In this document: positions 60,167 through 64,000 of the stretch, in pieces
Layout: the number at the start of each line of letters is the position of its first letter
How positions within the stretch are numbered: the stretch's first letter is position 1
Source: Tubulanus polymorphus
Lineage: Eukaryota; Animalia; Nemertea
Reading direction: 5' to 3'
DNA length: 64,000 nucleotides
NCBI RefSeq assembly: GCF_964204645.1
Contig: NC_134032.1
Span: 13,504,275-13,568,274 of the forward strand
Translations under genes and position numbers: made by a program
The notes under the pieces: model-generated
Told to the model about the DNA's origin: nothing
Seen by the model: only the letters and a program-made list of their open reading frames with translations
The model's database searches: none

Positions 60167-60970
60167 GATGCATAACAATCGAATTATTCGAACACACGAA
60201 TTTTGGTGCTGATATGAGAAATGAGGTTCAATACGAAGCTGACGGTGAAGGTACCTGGTATGTTTGTCACGACCCGCCGTTCGCACCGAAACCTGGCTGT
60301 TTGGCACTTTCGTTCGGGTGAGTGAAATATACCTTTTAAGAGATACGTATGTTCTAGAAAAAGGCATTATCGAAGAAAATGCCAACGTAATGGGATGTTT
60401 GATAAAAAGGGGGGCTGGAGGGTAGGGATGTGTTTGTCATTTTTGCTTCGATTTGACCAATTATACATATTTAGAATCCCAGAATGATAACAAAAATGAC
60501 ATGAAGTCAGAAAATGTTTCCTTTATTCAACATTTCCCTTTATTCAACATTTTGACTATTATTCTAATAGTCAATATTCATGAAAATGACAATTACGATA
60601 TAGTCGGAACATTGAACTTAAACTACTTGCTCAGGGACACATTATCAGACTTTATACCATATACGTTATTATTGTGGGATTCCCATCGTCACAACACGGA
60701 TGTGTTTTATCTATGGTCTCCAATTTTAAGATTTTACTGACTTTTTAACCTTTGAAAACTCATCTCCTTAAGTCTATTTCGTCGAAAACCTTTGGCACGT
60801 TCTTTGTGTTCCCATCTCAACCCCTACGCCACCAAGAGAGGGCCGGTTGTTCATTTGATGAAATAATATGTTTACGCAATTTTCTTGTTGCGTGTATACA
60901 GAATTGGTAACATGTGGCAGTTGGATCAGATGGCAAAATTCGGCCGTGAAGTTCACGCGTTCGATCCAAG
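60167..60970 (+). pseudogene. Two exons of a METTL24-like (Methyltransf_22) methyltransferase, probably a degenerate relic
   Basis: Exon 60167-60317 encodes ...DGEGTWYVCHDPPFAPKPGCLALSFG|gtgagt; exon 60902-60970 encodes IGNMWQLDQMAKFGREVHAFDP|gtagg. This matches the family pattern DGGWxVCxD..CxxYSFG..GCEVHxFDP. No further exons recognised. Confidence 0.65.
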
Positions 60971-61811
60971 GTAGGTATCAATTCAAATTTTCAAGACATG
61001 ATACCATGATTAGTGAGTATGAGCAATTCTACCCTGTAGACCAATCGCCGGGGCGCATTGAGTGTGAAAGATTCTTAACTAGCTATATTGAAATTAGCCT
61101 CCTTTCGCCAACCGAGTTCCTATCATCCAGTGCGTTTCCGTCGAGGTCGCCCTTTTCGCTTTCCGCACACTAAGTCTTCGTGCGTTTTGGATTAACGACA
61201 CCTGTACTGAGTAGGAAAACAGGAATGTTGATGTTGCTGATTATGAATGGTAGTTGAGGTAAACGAACTGATAACACACACCGTGCAACATCCCCGACAC
61301 AGTTGGTTGTAGGTACGATATATATAGATGTTTGTACCATTCTACCATTGGTATACGAACGCTGGTGCGGGTGCACGATACACTACCAGCTGCCAGCTGC
61401 TTGTTATGCTGAACTGAATATAGTATAGTAAATAATCAAGTGTTCCGTGGATCAGGTTCGTGGGATATTCTCACCGAGTTTGACGGTGTCTTTACCATCC
61501 TCAGAGGGGATACAAAGCATACCGATAGCAATGTTTGGAAGTTCTTGGAGGGTAGGTACTATGTAGTGAAGACTTCTCAATACTCAGTTGTGGGTTTAAT
61601 ATGAATCATAAACCCAATTCCAGAGTCGTGTGCTTTTACTTTTTCTCTGGAAGAGGTGTGCGTTATATCACTCTAAAGTTAAGTTATCGCTGGGAGTTTT
61701 GACAAATGATTACTTTTAGTTTATCGTAACTTCGTAAATGCTGTAGTTGAATTTGATTGATTTTCCGAGTTTATCCATTGTCTCTGTTGTTCTTGTAGTA
61801 TTTTGTCTAAA

Positions 61812-62315
61812 ATGACGAGTGAAATGGACCAACCCAGCGGCGATAGCAAGATTACGCCCTCTTTCGGAACATTGTTGACATTGTTACGCAATTTCTACGA
61901 GAATTGCACCAATACAGCGGGGAAACCTAGCGATATTCTCAAAGACTACTTGGTGACGTCGTCGTCGATTTCACCGGAAGTGACGCCTACGCCGTCGAGC
62001 GAGAGTGACCTTGACCCGAAGAAGCATCAGCAGGACCCGCTTATCTATATCATCGCCGTATTGGCGTTCTATTCGGTCGGCATTTTGATAATGATGGTGA
62101 AATATCTGAAGCGCGAGCGGCGCGAACTCGAAGAGGAGAAAGTTCTCGACGAGTTCATAAAAGCCATGCGTAAAACCAGCGCGCCGTCACGTGGACAAAC
62201 TAACCGACCGCGCATGAGCAGTAAACCGTCGTTTCCGATGTTGACTCGTGTAAGTTCGGCAATATTCGACTTGCCGAATCGTCGTAATACGGTCGGTAAC
62301 GTGCTGGATGTATGA
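61812..62315 (+). CDS. Single-pass membrane protein, KCNE/MinK-like
   Basis: ATG at 61812 after acceptor 61798; 167 aa; N-terminal NCT sequon and Ser/Thr/Pro-rich stalk; TM LIYIIAVLAFYSVGILIMMV followed by KYLKRERRE; ends VLDV. Confidence 0.7.
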   Translation: MTSEMDQPSGDSKITPSFGTLLTLLRNFYENCTNTAGKPSDILKDYLVTSSSISPEVTPTPSSESDLDPKKHQQDPLIYIIAVLAFYSVGILIMMVKYLKRERRELEEEKVLDEFIKAMRKTSAPSRGQTNRPRMSSKPSFPMLTRVSSAIFDLPNRRNTVGNVLDV

Positions 62316-63595
62316 GGCGTCGAGATGCGATGCGGTCAATGTTATCAAAAACTAGGGTTATTCATTATAATACAAGAGTGGATCTAGGATTCTTTGAAAG
62401 TGGGTGGACCTTGAAATTGGAATGGGCACTTAATTTGAAAGGGCAGATTTGGCAATGCGAGGACTGGTAGCGATTCTGGTGGCCCTTCCACAGAACATTA
62501 AAGGACAAACAGGGGCTTATCAGGACCCATATTTTTAGTCTTTTGAAAATTTTCTTGGAGGGCACATTCGAATTTTGAAGGGGGTGTACACCCGGTCCAC
62601 CCCCTTAATCCGCCCTACAATATTATTGTATGTATTGTATGTGTTTATCGTCTACGTTTAATAGATATTGTTATAATTATCGTTGTACAGTTGAACCTGT
62701 CTATATATCCCCCTCAGCTCACGTTCGACAGATATTAACCATTTTCTAAAAACTTGTTCGTCCAAACGTCGCCACGCCCTGTGACAGTACTCCAGGACCG
62801 AGTTCCAGTTTTGTGAGTTAGAGTTAACTCGAGTCAAAGTTAATTCATTTTCAATGAGTGAGCTCGGAGGGTCTTAATTCGATACTTTGGAACTGGACCC
62901 AGACCTTTTTCTTTGAAAATGAATTAGGGCGTCATGTCTCTGAACCATCAAATTGAGACAAACATTCACCATTTGTGAAAAGTGGTCGTCCAGACATCGC
63001 CATGCAAAAGGTAATCATCTGAGGGGGCGGGTACAGACTAGAGAACGCTCGCGGTGCCGAAAACAGACCGTTCCTCGTTAATATTTCCACCTAATCCTGT
63101 GGATCTGTCATATAAAATTGATAATGAAAACCGCCTACTCCTGATTTAAGTATTTCTCGTTTTTGTTTTGGTTGCCGGCCAGAAAACCACGCGGTCCTCC
63201 TTGCTGGCAAGAAATGCTACGGTGCCAGTACTTACTAGAAAAGCATGCGCGATCTCGTTGCTGGCCAGGCAAACACTCATTTTTCGTCGCCGGCAGAAAA
63301 GCATGTAGTCCTATATGATTCTAAAATGATCTTAATATTGTAGAATATGTACGGAGTGCTTTACACATGAAAACCTGTCTCTACTGAAATTATCAAGTGA
63401 AAGTCTGTATCGGAGTAAACCAGCGTGATTCATACTATGACAAACTAAGCAAAAGCAACTTTCAACAACATGTATATTAGCTAGAAAGATGACGTGTTCC
63501 TATATTCAATGAGACACTGGGTGTATCTAAGCCCGCTGGTTCTACGTTTTAGTAGATTTCTATATGTCGACCCAACCTCCATTTAATGTTAGGAT

Positions 63596-63847
63596 CATCC
63601 TCGCTTGCCAGGGTTCGATTGCCGCCGGCTCGAGCTTACGCAAACCCTGGCCGCAAACCCTCCATTGGTCTATTACATAGCCCAGAATTTCTTGGGTGGG
63701 CAGGTTCCCGCTCAGCGGCCACCAGTCTATATTTCTAGCCAAAAGAAATTCTGGATGATGTAATAGACCAATGAAGCGGTTTGTGACCAGGGTTTGTGTT
63801 GGCGCGAGCTTCAGCGGGCGGCAATCAAAACCTGGCAAGCGAGGATG
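63596..63847. mobile_element. MITE with TIR CATCCTCGCTTGCCAGG
   Basis: CATCCTCGCTTGCCAGGGTTCGATTGCCGCC...GGCGGCAATCAAAACCTGGCAAGCGAGGATG. Confidence 0.8.
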
Positions 63848-64000
63848 TGCCAGGATATATGATGATTTACAACAAAGTGCAAGTGCGATTAAAAATTCAG
63901 AAACTCATACTAAAGACATGCATTATAAATTCAAATTTAACGGACAAAGCCACCGTTACGTTTTAGATGAAAGTATCGAGTCCAGAATGGCGCCCCCTAG

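Noticed and set aside
60210-60212. In-frame TGA after Cys as possible selenocysteine
   Set aside because: Further stops follow in that frame and no SECIS was identified.

Overview
Gene-dense, intron-rich window from an invertebrate animal genome (probably a spiralian/lophotrochozoan; inferred from gene content, AT-rich introns and CpG-rich exons). It is not prokaryotic, and most short ORFs in the track are spurious or are exon fragments. Left to right: two duplicated alternative terminal exons of a claudin-family gene (+); a 12-exon pseudouridine-5'-phosphate glycosidase/pseudouridine kinase (PsuG-PsuK) fusion gene (-) with a U12-type intron and an apparently incomplete kinase domain; a relic C-terminal fragment of an FkbM-type methyltransferase (+); an intronless GT11 alpha-1,2-fucosyltransferase (+); an FkbM-type methyltransferase (-); RAD21 (-, 12 coding exons) head-to-head with a Bfr1-like coiled-coil gene (+); GLMP (+); POLE4 (+); two METTL24-like exons; and a KCNE-like single-pass membrane protein (+). 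Non-coding DNA holds many MITE families and minisatellites. The most striking non-coding system is a family of short elements carrying minimal hammerhead-ribozyme motifs (Penelope-like/retrozyme type); two copies are near-perfect ~100-bp-arm palindromes flanked by 13-15 bp target-site duplications. A bipartite 19-bp motif recurs five times near putative promoters, and several strong CTCF-like motifs lie in coding exons. Exon boundaries were read by eye with reading-frame/phase checks; family assignments come from recalled motifs, not database searches.
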